Positions 9,143-18,815 of a DNA stretch of 43,596 bases are shown piece by piece (position 1 is the stretch's first letter; every line of letters starts with the position of its first letter). The DNA is from an uncultured bacterium. Its GTDB lineage: Bacteria > Latescibacterota > UBA2968. The DNA is taken from assembly GCA_964471275.1 (NCBI GenBank), contig CAYYGZ010000007.1, positions 1 to 43,596 of the forward strand. Reading direction: 5' to 3'. The notes under the pieces were generated by a model. That model was given only the letters and a program-made list of their open reading frames with translations. It did not search any database and was not told where the DNA came from. The position numbers and the translations under genes are program-made.

Positions 9143-10093
9143 CTATTCGCCGAGTAGATCTCGCATATAGGCAACACTCGACACGACGTGCCCGGCGGCC
9201 GACACGAGGTGAGCCGCGTCTGCCACCAGATACCCGTGGTTGCCGTCCGTATCGGGCGCCCAGATCTCCGTGGAATCATCAGGCCGGTCGATCGGATCAT
9301 AGAGTGGCATCGATGGGATCTCGGCCGGCGGTCCAGGCATCCGAACGGCATATCCGTAACACACCTGTGTCATCAGTCGCTTCAGATGGGGCGCGGATCT
9401 GAGAACATCGACGATCTCCGCCAACGGGATGCGACCTTTACCCAGCGCTGTGCCCACCGACCACACCCGACCGCCATCCTGTAACAGGATGTGATCCTTG
9501 ATATGCGTCGTCCGGGCATATGGTGCAAGAAGCCGGGCTTCCTCGATCGGATCCTTGTAGAAGGGGATCGAATTGCCACTGTCGTACACGGCCCCGACAA
9601 CCGGGGAACCGACACGTTCGATCAGATCAACAACCTGTTCGGCCGTCAGATCCTCGTGATTCTCGATGGCGAGAGCGACGTTCAACTCCTCATACTCGGG
9701 TGCGACCTCGCTGAGCGCCTTCGCCGCCTGCGCGATTACGGCAGTATTTCCCCGCTGATTCACGGTTGTCCGAACCACCTCTGCGCCAAGCCGCCGCGCC
9801 AACTCCAGAACAAGCCGAAGCTTGGAAGGATCTGTCCCACCCGATGCCACTTCGAGTGCGATCCCCATCTCCTTCGCTCGTGTACCGACGCGATCAAAAT
9901 GGTCGCTAGTCGTACCGGTCAATGCGCGATGCCGAGGTCCGTTGATATTGATCTGCAGTGCTTTGAGCCCCAGGCTGCTGACGCGCCCCAGCAACTGATC
10001 GATTGTCTGATCACCATATCGCCAGTGCAGGTAATAGCTGAAACTGTCTAACCCCTGATACACGACGTGCCTCCCCGATTGACCATCCTTCAC
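9143..10093 (-). CDS. Sugar phosphate isomerase/epimerase (xylose isomerase-like TIM barrel)
   Basis: GLDSFSY, IALEV, AIENHED, YDSGNS, THIKDH, LGKGRIPL. Confidence 0.82.
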   Translation of the reverse strand: MKDGQSGRHVVYQGLDSFSYYLHWRYGDQTIDQLLGRVSSLGLKALQININGPRHRALTGTTSDHFDRVGTRAKEMGIALEVASGGTDPSKLRLVLELARRLGAEVVRTTVNQRGNTAVIAQAAKALSEVAPEYEELNVALAIENHEDLTAEQVVDLIERVGSPVVGAVYDSGNSIPFYKDPIEEARLLAPYARTTHIKDHILLQDGGRVWSVGTALGKGRIPLAEIVDVLRSAPHLKRLMTQVCYGYAVRMPGPPAEIPSMPLYDPIDRPDDSTEIWAPDTDGNHGYLVADAAHLVSAAGHVVSSVAYMRDLLGE

Positions 10094-10297
10094 ACCACTT
10101 CGACTCTTCTTAGCGAGGGGAAGACGCGAGAGAAATTAGAGACAGCATCGAGCTGACGAGTGCCGACGGGCAGCGAACACTGACGATCGGGAACGAGAAG
10201 CAGATTCTAAGGTAGCGGCGAATGCGCGGCGTCAGGTCGAGCGCCAGTCGAGACCTCCTCACAGAAGAAGAGCGATGATCCGGGACAACCCGCCAGC

Positions 10298-11749
10298 CTA
10301 TCCCACCACGCCGCTGTTCGGACCGATCGCCGCGAACCGCATCGAATGATAGTGTGAATTCAGCAGCGTCGTGTCGCCTGTCTCGTGCATACGATGCCAG
10401 ATGCCTGCCATCATCTGTTTCACGCGGTCCGTGTGTTCCGGTTTACTGATCAGATTCTCCATCTCCCACGGATCGTCAGCCAGGTTGTAGAGTTCATCGA
10501 AATCGAACCCGTTGAACACAAACTTCCACTCGTCCTCCCAGTAGATTCGCTGCGTCAACCGGAACCGCGTCCCGAAATACTCCGCATATCCCTGTCGGTG
10601 ATTCCCAGCCGCGGTTTCAGGGTCCCGCAACAGATCGGCAAATGATTTCGAGTCAGCCGTATCGAAGGGATCGACGCCACCCAGCTCGAGAATCGTCGGA
10701 CAGAGATCGTGGAAACCGACAATCGCTTCTGTCGTCACGCCGGATGCGACGCCCGGACCCGAAACGACGAGTGGCACTGAGTAGATCTCCTCGAAACCGC
10801 CAAAATTGTGCGCCTCCAACCCGTGGCTGCCCACATAGCGTCCGTGATCTGACGTGAAAATCACGATCGTGTTGTCCAGTTGCCCTGTCGATTCGAGTGC
10901 ATCGAGCACCCGCTTGACCTGTCCATCCAGCTCGGTAATCCGCCCGTAGTAGCAGGCAATGATCTCCCGCCACTCGTCATCCGCCACATCCTGCCAGATC
11001 TGCTGATCACGTCGGTAGATGTTCGGTCGACCGGTAAGATCATCGTGAAGGTTCTCCGGCAAAGCGATCTTGTCGGCATCATACTGTTCACGCGCCTCTC
11101 TACCGACGATCAGCGACTCGTTCGGTTCGTAGTAGCTGACAACGCAGCACCACGGCACATCTACGGGCTTGTCCTTCAGCCAGTCACACGCGAGTGTCGC
11201 GGGGCCGCCAACGGGTCGATCGTTCGGCGGCACATCAGTAACCGCATACTTCAGTGTATCGTTGTAGCCATCCGGTCCCTGATACAGCCGCACCGTCTCC
11301 GGGTCGAGTGTATCATCCACACCGAAGCCCTTCTGTGAGGCGTTCGCGTGACTTCTCGCACCCCTGATGTCATACGTATTCCAGCCGAAGTTCTCGAGCT
11401 CTCCGGTCCGATCGACGTGCCACTTCCCGAAGTAGCCTGTGTCATATCCGGATGCCTGAAGCCCTTGCGCCCAGTGAGGATTCTCCGTTCGTAGCACGCA
11501 CTGGTCGGGATCCACGCCGTGTTCCACCTCGAGCACACCGTGGTTGTGCGGAAACAGGCCCGTCATCAGGCTCGCCCTCGCAGGGGAGCAGGTCGGCAGG
11601 GCCGTGTGGGCGCCCGTGATTCGAATACCTCGCCGGATCAATCCATCGATGGTTGGCGTCTTGCAGTCGTGTCCATCCGACAGCACACGTGACTGCATCC
11701 CGTCGGTCACGATGAGGAGGATATTCGGGCGGCTTGGTGAGGAACTCAT
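10298..11749 (-). CDS. Sulfatase (Cys-type, S1)
   Basis: RPNILLI, CSPARASLMTG, GKWH, FTSDHG, ELYNLADDPWEMEN. No signal peptide. Confidence 0.93.
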   Translation of the reverse strand: MSSSPSRPNILLIVTDGMQSRVLSDGHDCKTPTIDGLIRRGIRITGAHTALPTCSPARASLMTGLFPHNHGVLEVEHGVDPDQCVLRTENPHWAQGLQASGYDTGYFGKWHVDRTGELENFGWNTYDIRGARSHANASQKGFGVDDTLDPETVRLYQGPDGYNDTLKYAVTDVPPNDRPVGGPATLACDWLKDKPVDVPWCCVVSYYEPNESLIVGREAREQYDADKIALPENLHDDLTGRPNIYRRDQQIWQDVADDEWREIIACYYGRITELDGQVKRVLDALESTGQLDNTIVIFTSDHGRYVGSHGLEAHNFGGFEEIYSVPLVVSGPGVASGVTTEAIVGFHDLCPTILELGGVDPFDTADSKSFADLLRDPETAAGNHRQGYAEYFGTRFRLTQRIYWEDEWKFVFNGFDFDELYNLADDPWEMENLISKPEHTDRVKQMMAGIWHRMHETGDTTLLNSHYHSMRFAAIGPNSGVVG

Positions 11750-11883
11750 CTGTACTCCTTCATGAATGGGGATGCTATAGATCGTCTCTACGTTCTGTAG
11801 AAACGCCCTGCGTGCACGATCCTGGAACCAGGCACGTTCCCCTCATCATCTCCAACACGTTCAGTCTTGTCCTCGGACACGGG

Positions 11884-12646
11884 TCAGAGACGGAAGACCT
11901 CTGAGCCGCTGGCGAGATAGATGACCGAGCCACCCGCCGCCGCAAACGTGCAGGGCGCTGGCAGAGACCCCCTGTCGGCCGTACTGCCCGATGCAGTTAC
12001 CGCCGTCAGCCCGCCCGATGTATCTACGACAAGAACACCCTCCGCAATCGGGACCATATGCCAGATGCCCTGATCGAGCAGCCGATGCCAGATCAGATCA
12101 CCCAGCAGGTCATAGCAGAGCAGGAAACCCTGACTCGTCGCGGCCAAAACCCGATCGTCTGTACCGAAAACATGAATACCTGTCACCTGCCCTCCGAGAC
12201 GTTTCAACCAGCGGCGCTCCCACCTGGCGTCCTCGTGCGCAAACAGGTGCAGGTTCCGCCCGCGGTTTTCCCCGCACACCACAAGGCGACTTCCCCCGCA
12301 CTCCCCGAAGGCCAGCGAAGTCAGCACGCTGGTCCAACCCTCCACGATAAGCTCTGCAGCCGTGGTCCCATCGGGCTCCAGAATGCGACACGTGGACTGA
12401 TCGCTCAGAATATCCCCCCCACCACACGATTCGTAGCTTCCCGGATCCGTCCGGATCATCGCTGATTCTCGATCCTACACCCACATCCTGCAATGCAAGA
12501 TGGATGAGCCTCGCCGCCTCTTGTCCGTGCTTTGAGCGGGGCGCAGAAACGAGTAAAGATGCGTCACTGTCAGCAACGGTCTCGGTGCGAAGGATACGAG
12601 GTCCCTCGATGATCGTATCCTCTCGAGGCATAGAATCTGGATTCAC
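11884..12646 (-). pseudogene. Deleted and frameshifted remnant of a beta-propeller (PQQ/FG-GAP-like) protein
   Basis: About 65 aa of N-terminus (MNPDSMPRE..ISDDPD) run into DGSGKLRIV, then shift frame near the C7 run at 12414-12420 into propeller blades (WLKRLGGQV, FLLCYDLLGDLIWHRLL). Confidence 0.55.
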
Positions 12647-12851
12647 GGCTAGTGGGTTGTCCGGTAGTTCACGCTGTATTCTTTACATCGAATGTGCGGC
12701 GTCAGTTCGAACACGAGTCGAGAACTCGCTCATACCCCAAGGCAGGCAGGAACTTCTCGTCCTCCTCGAAATACCGTGAATCAAACAGTGTAAGATCGGG
12801 AATCACCAGTCCTCCGGTTTCTGTGGCTTCATATATCGAGCAACGCTTCAC

Positions 12852-14153
12852 CTACACTCCGGCCTTGAAACGCGCAAAGGACACCTTGTCATCGAGCGTC
12901 GTAATTGCCGCAAAGCAGCAGATATCCTGTCGCCCGGCGTCGAGTTCTCCCACGGCATTGCGGACAAATCGCCATTGGTGATCGTTGCTTGGACCAGTTG
13001 TCCACAGGCTGTGGTTGAATGCCGATACCTCCTGCTCGTCCTTACCGTTCAGACGCTCGCCTAGCCAGCCCAGAACACCCTCGTCACTCTCGTGTATTTT
13101 CAACGCGCCGGCGAACGTATCGGCCGTCGTGTCGAGAAACGCCAGAACCGCCCGGTCGAAGCCCGAATCGTCCCCATACCAGTACTCGCCGAGCGTGTGG
13201 GTATTGTATGCGCGTCCTTTGTCGATGGCACGTCCCAGCCCGGCAACGCCCCCCAGGCTCGTGTCGTAGATGCTGCGCGGTGCGTGACGTGTGAGATCGA
13301 CCAGACTGAAGCTCTTCTCGTCATCGTAGTCGATCAGGTCGAAGAACGTATCGATATCGTGACGGTCCGGGCAGATTTCGTTTCTCCGCTCGACATAACG
13401 ATCACGCGCTTCACCGAACCGGCCGTGCTGCGCTCTGGCGGCGTTGAAAGCGCATATTTCAGGTGGTGTTTTCTGAACGCGCTCGCTGATCCACTCACTC
13501 AACTCGATATCGTTGGGGTTGGCGTATGCGGCTTCCATAAACGTCTCCGCATCCAGTTCCAGAAACGCCAGCACTGTCCGGTCGAATCCCGAATCATCGC
13601 CGTATTTGTAGTCACCCAGCTTGCCGATCTTGGTCGCCCGTGCCTTATCTGCCATGCGGGCTCCACACATCAGACCAAACATGCTCCGCAGATACGGTGT
13701 ACGCGGCGGCCCCTGCGTCAGATCCAGGCCTCGAAAGTCTCCCCAATCATCCAGCTCGATAGAGGCGAAGACCGTCTTGATATCTGTGCGATCGGGAGCA
13801 TACTTCGCCAGCCGCTCCTCCAGCAATCGGCGGTGCAGATCATCCTGCGGCTCCCGCTCCAGATGCTCGCGGTTGAACGCGTCGATCTCCTCCTGGCTGC
13901 GTCGCGCCTTCTCCAGCACGTGTGTTTGGAGTTGATCGTCATCCATGGTATCCACGGCCTCGGCAAAGTCGGCGGCCGACATCCTTACAAGTTCCAGCAC
14001 CTCCATATCCAGGCCCGAATCGGTACCATACTTGAACAGACCGATTGTCTCGGCGTTGTGTCCGCGAGCCTTATCGGTCATACGCGCCAGACCGACGATG
14101 CCCGCGAATCCCGCGTTGGATGGTCGGCGCGGTGGCTGTTTTGTTAGATCCAC
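12852..14153 (-). CDS. Protein with three tandem DUF5069-like domains
   Basis: GTG start 14153 behind AAAGGAG. Three repeats of about 143 aa, each DLT-x3-PR...R-x2-DK-x-R...YG-x-DSG-x-D...DI-x2-F...DD. Confidence 0.88.
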   Translation of the reverse strand: MDLTKQPPRRPSNAGFAGIVGLARMTDKARGHNAETIGLFKYGTDSGLDMEVLELVRMSAADFAEAVDTMDDDQLQTHVLEKARRSQEEIDAFNREHLEREPQDDLHRRLLEERLAKYAPDRTDIKTVFASIELDDWGDFRGLDLTQGPPRTPYLRSMFGLMCGARMADKARATKIGKLGDYKYGDDSGFDRTVLAFLELDAETFMEAAYANPNDIELSEWISERVQKTPPEICAFNAARAQHGRFGEARDRYVERRNEICPDRHDIDTFFDLIDYDDEKSFSLVDLTRHAPRSIYDTSLGGVAGLGRAIDKGRAYNTHTLGEYWYGDDSGFDRAVLAFLDTTADTFAGALKIHESDEGVLGWLGERLNGKDEQEVSAFNHSLWTTGPSNDHQWRFVRNAVGELDAGRQDICCFAAITTLDDKVSFARFKAGV

Positions 14154-14206
14154 TGGTGACTCCTTTGTGAACTGGTGATGCTCTACCCGTAGTCCAATTC
14201 GGCTTG

Positions 14207-14986
14207 TTACGGCCAGGCCAGATCTGTGCGCACGGGAAGATGATCGGAATGATCCCAGACACCCGTGGGTCTGGGTGGATCCGTGCGGAAGCCGGCCCCC
14301 CGGATCACAGCGGCCGAAGTAAGTGATGATCCCAGTCCTGCACTCACGTAGATGTGATCGATCTTCCACGGCCTGATATCTGCTGTATCCATCGTCAGCT
14401 GCAGACCACCGCCTGCAGCGACCATCGTGTTCAAAAAACCCAGATCACGGAGGTGCTCGTGTACGGGCTCAGACACATCGCAATTGTAGTCACCCAAGAC
14501 GACTGCATTCTCACATACTGCGAACAGACCTTCGAGACGCTCCCGCAGCAGTTCACCCTCACGGATGCGCAAATCCACATCTCCCGGATGTAGATGAACA
14601 CACACCACCCACAACTGTCGATCATCGGCCACCTGCAGAAGCGCCGCGCCCGCCGTTCGGCTGAATCGAGGAACGCTCTCATCGGCGACTGTGTGACTGA
14701 AGACGCGGGACTCGACGACCGGGTAGCGCGTCAGGATGTGGCCGGGCCAATTCAAAGGGGGCGGAAACGTCACCAGATGTCTGCCAAGTCGGCGAGCAAT
14801 TCCTCGCGCAATCGAATGCGCAACTCCCTCCTGCAGAGCGATGACATCGGCATCGAAACTCTCGAAAACATCTGCAAAGTGATCGGTATTGGATGCCTGA
14901 CCGGGTTCACCGATTTTCGCTGACGCGTCCTCTACGGGATACCCAGTCAAGCCGTAGACGTTCCAGGTGACGATACGCACGGACAT
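14207..14986 (-). CDS. Endonuclease/exonuclease/phosphatase (EEP) family protein
   Basis: RIVTWNV, DVIALQE, VHL, LGDYN, KIDHIY, SDHLPV. ATG 14986 behind AAGAAAGGA. Confidence 0.9.
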   Translation of the reverse strand: MSVRIVTWNVYGLTGYPVEDASAKIGEPGQASNTDHFADVFESFDADVIALQEGVAHSIARGIARRLGRHLVTFPPPLNWPGHILTRYPVVESRVFSHTVADESVPRFSRTAGAALLQVADDRQLWVVCVHLHPGDVDLRIREGELLRERLEGLFAVCENAVVLGDYNCDVSEPVHEHLRDLGFLNTMVAAGGGLQLTMDTADIRPWKIDHIYVSAGLGSSLTSAAVIRGAGFRTDPPRPTGVWDHSDHLPVRTDLAWP

Positions 14987-15024
14987 TCCTTTCTTCTTGC
15001 CTGATGAATCTCCCGGCTCGAGAT

Positions 15025-16368
15025 TTATATGTTGGTTTCTGCGATCAGAGCAAGCGTCTCTGCCACAAGCTCTGCCCCACCTTCGGGCCCAACGGGCGTG
15101 ACTACGGGAAGGGCGCCATAACTCCCGGCTTCGACCGCCCGACGTGTGGGCAGATACATATTTCTCCCCGCAAGCTGGACGACCAGTGTCTGGCGGGCAG
15201 GGCTCCTTGCCTTGATCTGCAGCCCGTAGTCCAGGAACAGCTCGAAGGGATTGGTCGCCAGCACGAGATCTCCGATCCGCAGCACGTGAATCTCGGATGC
15301 GACAGGCTCGGCCTTGCGTACACCGTCGTAGACCTCCACGACGTTTTGGAGACGCGTCGGCCACCAGGACTCGGTATCCCCCTTGTCGATCGCCTCCTTC
15401 AGTGCCGCCTCCGACCAGTCACGCTCCTTCCGAGAAATCCTGCGTGGTTGCAATTCTAGTTGTCGCCACAGGTGAACCAGAGCGTCCGGCAATGCCTGAT
15501 CGGGCGATACGCTGACCAGGGCGCGATCAACGGCGTCGGCCACACGCTGAGCGATCTCGTCTCTCTCGCTGATCCCGCGGCGCTCTCTCATCTCTCGTTC
15601 CTGATCCCCATACAGCAGAAAGTGCGGCGATTGATCACCCGCGACTCCACAGAGACCCAGAACACTGAGATCGTCACCCAGACGACGTCGAAGCTCCACA
15701 CGAACCTCGTGCCAGTAGTCGGCTGAGAACTCTTCCAGGTGCTCGTCAACCTGTGAGGGGCACGGGATCACCAGCATCAACCCACTGAGCCGACCATCAG
15801 GTTCCCACGCAAAAACCATGTCGAGACTGTGATCCTCATAACCCCCGATGTGGTCGAAATCGTCGCAACGTGTCTTGCCGTACATCTGCGCCTCGCCGTT
15901 TTGGTAAACGGCATAGCGATTATGTCCCACGACAGCGTGACCGAACGCGCGTCCCAGGACACGTTCTCTGCGCAATGACCACGCATCCACCACCGCATCC
16001 ACAACCTGGCCTGCCACCCACGCTTCACACGCGTCCGGGGTCATCACGTCTCCCCCGGGGTGGACATAGAAACCATCTTCCAGAACAAGCGAAGTATGCG
16101 TATGCGTGGCGGTGAGGATGACCGCTTCAGACGAGATCTCTGGTACCCGTTCCGCGAGTTGATTGCGAACGGAGGCATAAAGACCGTTCGATGGGATGGC
16201 CAGATCGCAGGACACCAGAATAGCGTGATCGTCCGTATCTCCCAACGCCCAGGCCGTGACCGTGATCGGATCGAGTGCGGAATGTCCAACACGCGCCCGC
16301 TTCTGCCCCTGGATCAAAGCGGGACGTGTGGGTGTGATATCGCGTGTTGCCGTGCCGACAAGTGTCAT
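15025..16368 (-). CDS. Neutral/alkaline ceramidase-like metal-dependent amidohydrolase
   Basis: RDITP, LDPITV, VSCDL, ATHTHTS, SADYW, GVAGDQSP, PFELF, YLPT..GSY. ATGA-coupled to the upstream DegT gene. Confidence 0.8.
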   Translation of the reverse strand: MTLVGTATRDITPTRPALIQGQKRARVGHSALDPITVTAWALGDTDDHAILVSCDLAIPSNGLYASVRNQLAERVPEISSEAVILTATHTHTSLVLEDGFYVHPGGDVMTPDACEAWVAGQVVDAVVDAWSLRRERVLGRAFGHAVVGHNRYAVYQNGEAQMYGKTRCDDFDHIGGYEDHSLDMVFAWEPDGRLSGLMLVIPCPSQVDEHLEEFSADYWHEVRVELRRRLGDDLSVLGLCGVAGDQSPHFLLYGDQEREMRERRGISERDEIAQRVADAVDRALVSVSPDQALPDALVHLWRQLELQPRRISRKERDWSEAALKEAIDKGDTESWWPTRLQNVVEVYDGVRKAEPVASEIHVLRIGDLVLATNPFELFLDYGLQIKARSPARQTLVVQLAGRNMYLPTRRAVEAGSYGALPVVTPVGPEGGAELVAETLALIAETNI

Positions 16369-17636
16369 ATGAGCGGGACCTGGTCGATTTGGGTGAAGAC
16401 CTTCCGGATAGCCCTGGCGAGAGCCTCAATTTGCTTCCGCCCATTTGGGGGGCGATGGCTGAAGACGTTCCAGAGACACGTATCGATGCACGTTTGAGAC
16501 ACCGGGTATTGCGAAAGATCATAGGATATGTCGGGACGCGTGTGCTCTGCGCTCCAGGGATATCCACCGCCATACGCGTTCTTCGCCTGGAAGACCGAAT
16601 GGGCCGGCAGCAGCCAATTCGCTCGAGAGAATTTCCTGCCTTCGGCTTCAAGAGCGGCGCTGATCCCGAGGGTCAGATCACTCAGACCGACCCCAAAATC
16701 TTCCGCAGTGGAGGGCGCGACACGCAGGACATAGGCATAACCGTTTGTAGGCCGCTCGTCGGACTGGAAGGCGGGAACAAGATTGGGCGTACCCTCGAGT
16801 TGCCGGTCAAGAGATTCCCAGTTATCAATTGCCTGCCTGTTCGTGGCATCCAACTTCCGAAGCTGACTCAACGCGAACGCCGCAGGGAGATCGGATGTCC
16901 GATACATCCATCCGAGACCGAAATCATGGTATTCCCGTCCCGCTTCTGGCGGACGCATGTCGCTGAAGCTGGCGATCGCCTTGCCTCGCCCAAAGGTCTC
17001 CTCATCGTTCGTAACGAACAGGCCACCCTCCCCGCCCGTGAAATTCTTATTCTGGTTTAGGCTGAAAGCCGCGGCGGTCCCGAGCGTACCTACCTTCTTA
17101 CCTTTGAATGTCGCGCCGACAGCCTGACACGCATCCTCGATCACCGGAAGTCCGTGCCGTTGGGCGATCTCCAGAATCGGGTCCATATCACACGCGACAC
17201 CCCAGTAATGAACAACGAGAATACCTCGTGTCTTCGGGGTGATGGCAGCTTCGATCACGTCCGGATCGATGTGCATCGACGCCCAGTCGACATCGACAAA
17301 AATCGGAATCGCGTTGTGATGGAGGACGCAGGTCGCGCTGCTTGTCCACGACAGGGCCGGCGTGATGACTTCATCGCCGGGTCCGATCCCGCACGCGGCG
17401 ATACACATGTGAAGTGCTGCCGTACCGCTGTTCGTTGCGAAAGAGAACCGGTTGTCGTTCCACGCGGCGAACTCGGTTTGCAGCTGCTCGGCGTGGGGGC
17501 CGAACGAGTGTTTGTCCTGCCGCAGAGACGCCAGCACCAGACGCTCGTCCTCCTCTGTGACCTCGGGCCACATCCCGAATTGAAGGTCTTCCGGAATCGC
17601 GCGGGGGCCGCCGGCAATGGCGAGTTGATCAGACAT
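16365..17636 (-). CDS. DegT/DnrJ/EryC1/StrS family PLP aminotransferase
   Basis: NSGTAALH, GPGDEVITP, IEDACQA, FSLNQNKNFTGGEGG (PLP Lys), GWMYR. Confidence 0.92.
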   Translation of the reverse strand: MSDQLAIAGGPRAIPEDLQFGMWPEVTEEDERLVLASLRQDKHSFGPHAEQLQTEFAAWNDNRFSFATNSGTAALHMCIAACGIGPGDEVITPALSWTSSATCVLHHNAIPIFVDVDWASMHIDPDVIEAAITPKTRGILVVHYWGVACDMDPILEIAQRHGLPVIEDACQAVGATFKGKKVGTLGTAAAFSLNQNKNFTGGEGGLFVTNDEETFGRGKAIASFSDMRPPEAGREYHDFGLGWMYRTSDLPAAFALSQLRKLDATNRQAIDNWESLDRQLEGTPNLVPAFQSDERPTNGYAYVLRVAPSTAEDFGVGLSDLTLGISAALEAEGRKFSRANWLLPAHSVFQAKNAYGGGYPWSAEHTRPDISYDLSQYPVSQTCIDTCLWNVFSHRPPNGRKQIEALARAIRKVFTQIDQVPLI

Positions 17637-17654
17637 TTTCAGTCCTGTGTTTGG

Positions 17655-17921
17655 TTAGTCTGGGCAATTCATGAAATCCGGCAAAGCCTCGCGCACAGAT
17701 TGGTTTCACGCCACGTGATCGAAATCAGCGTGTGAATTGAGGGCGAACGGGATGTCCTGCGGATCCAGTCCTGCCTCCACAATGTAAGGGAAAAGCACTT
17801 CTGATGGGGTTGCATCCAGTCCCGTATCGATCAGCAGGCTACGCGCATCCCCCACCAGCAGGAACAGACAGACGATACGATCCCCAAACGGGGCCTCGAT
17901 GCGGTGTATTCCAGGTGCCAT
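17655..17921 (-). pseudogene. Metallo-beta-lactamase fold hydrolase, N-terminal remnant
   Basis: MAPGIHRIEAPFG..LIDTG..SHADFDHVA*NQSVREALP. The TGA replaces an expected Gly codon, and the remainder of the domain is missing. Confidence 0.8.
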
Positions 17922-18019
17922 CTCCGCGGTGCGTTCGTTTCGGGCGTTGCCCTTACATTCTGAACTCCTTGGCTCGCCATAGCCATCAGGCGAAGGAGAC
18001 TGGATGATGCAGGCCTTCC

Positions 18020-18784
18020 TCATATTCCTCGCGCCATCAGTCCACCGTCCACGGTCAACGATGTTCCAGTAATGAATCCCGCTTCATCAGAAACCAGGAA
18101 CAGGACCGCCTGCGCGATATCCTCTGGCGTGCCAAGACATCCCGCGGGCGCGGCATCCCTGAACTCCTGACGCACATCTTCGAGGATGTCATCCCAGACC
18201 GGAGTCAGAATCGCTCCGGGCAGCACCGCATTGACACGGACATTCGGGCCGTAGTCTACGGCCAGGACCCGGGTCAGTCCGAGGATGCCAGCCTTCGTCG
18301 CGTCGTATGCCGTACACGTCGGAAAACTCGTCAATGAATGGACCGACCCCGTGTTCACAATCGCGCCGCCGCCGCTCTCGAGCATCACGGGGATCGCGTA
18401 CTTGGCTGCCAGGTAGATGGATTTGAGCCCCACATCCAGGGCACGATCCCAGTCGTCTTCCTCCAGCTCCGTTGCCGGTGCGTGTTTGTACCAGATCGCA
18501 TTGTTGTGCAGAATGTCCAGCCGTCCAAAAGCCGCCTGGGTCTCCGATACAACGTTCTGGATCGCCTTGCCGCAGCCCACGTCCGTCGCGACAAAGAGAG
18601 CCCGCCCGCCGCTTGCCTCGATCAGGCTGACGGTTTCGGTTCCGCCGGTCTCGTTCACGTCTGCAACACAGACGGCGGCTCCTTCACTCGCAAGAAGGAG
18701 CGCCGTGGCCCTGCCGATTCCAGAGCTCGCGCCTGTGACGATTGCCGTTCTACCTGTCAGTCTCGTTTGACGATCCTTACCCAT
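18020..18784 (-). CDS. Short-chain dehydrogenase/reductase (SDR)
   Basis: TGASSGIG, NNA, GS, YDATK (YxxxK), VNAVLPG, VDGG. Confidence 0.95.
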   Translation of the reverse strand: MGKDRQTRLTGRTAIVTGASSGIGRATALLLASEGAAVCVADVNETGGTETVSLIEASGGRALFVATDVGCGKAIQNVVSETQAAFGRLDILHNNAIWYKHAPATELEEDDWDRALDVGLKSIYLAAKYAIPVMLESGGGAIVNTGSVHSLTSFPTCTAYDATKAGILGLTRVLAVDYGPNVRVNAVLPGAILTPVWDDILEDVRQEFRDAAPAGCLGTPEDIAQAVLFLVSDEAGFITGTSLTVDGGLMARGI

Positions 18785-18815
18785 GCTCGTCCCCTTTCTG
18801 CCGGGCTGCCTTTGC

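Noticed and set aside
12647..12851. Short ORF VKRCSIYEATETGGLVIPD.. after the DUF5069 gene
   Set aside because: About 49 codons with no recognisable family; possibly a remnant.
17706..17708. TGA recoded as Sec or Gly in the MBL gene, given the SenA-like gene in the window
   Set aside because: The position corresponds to Gly rather than Cys, the frame ends 16 codons later, and many intact genes here use TGA as stop.
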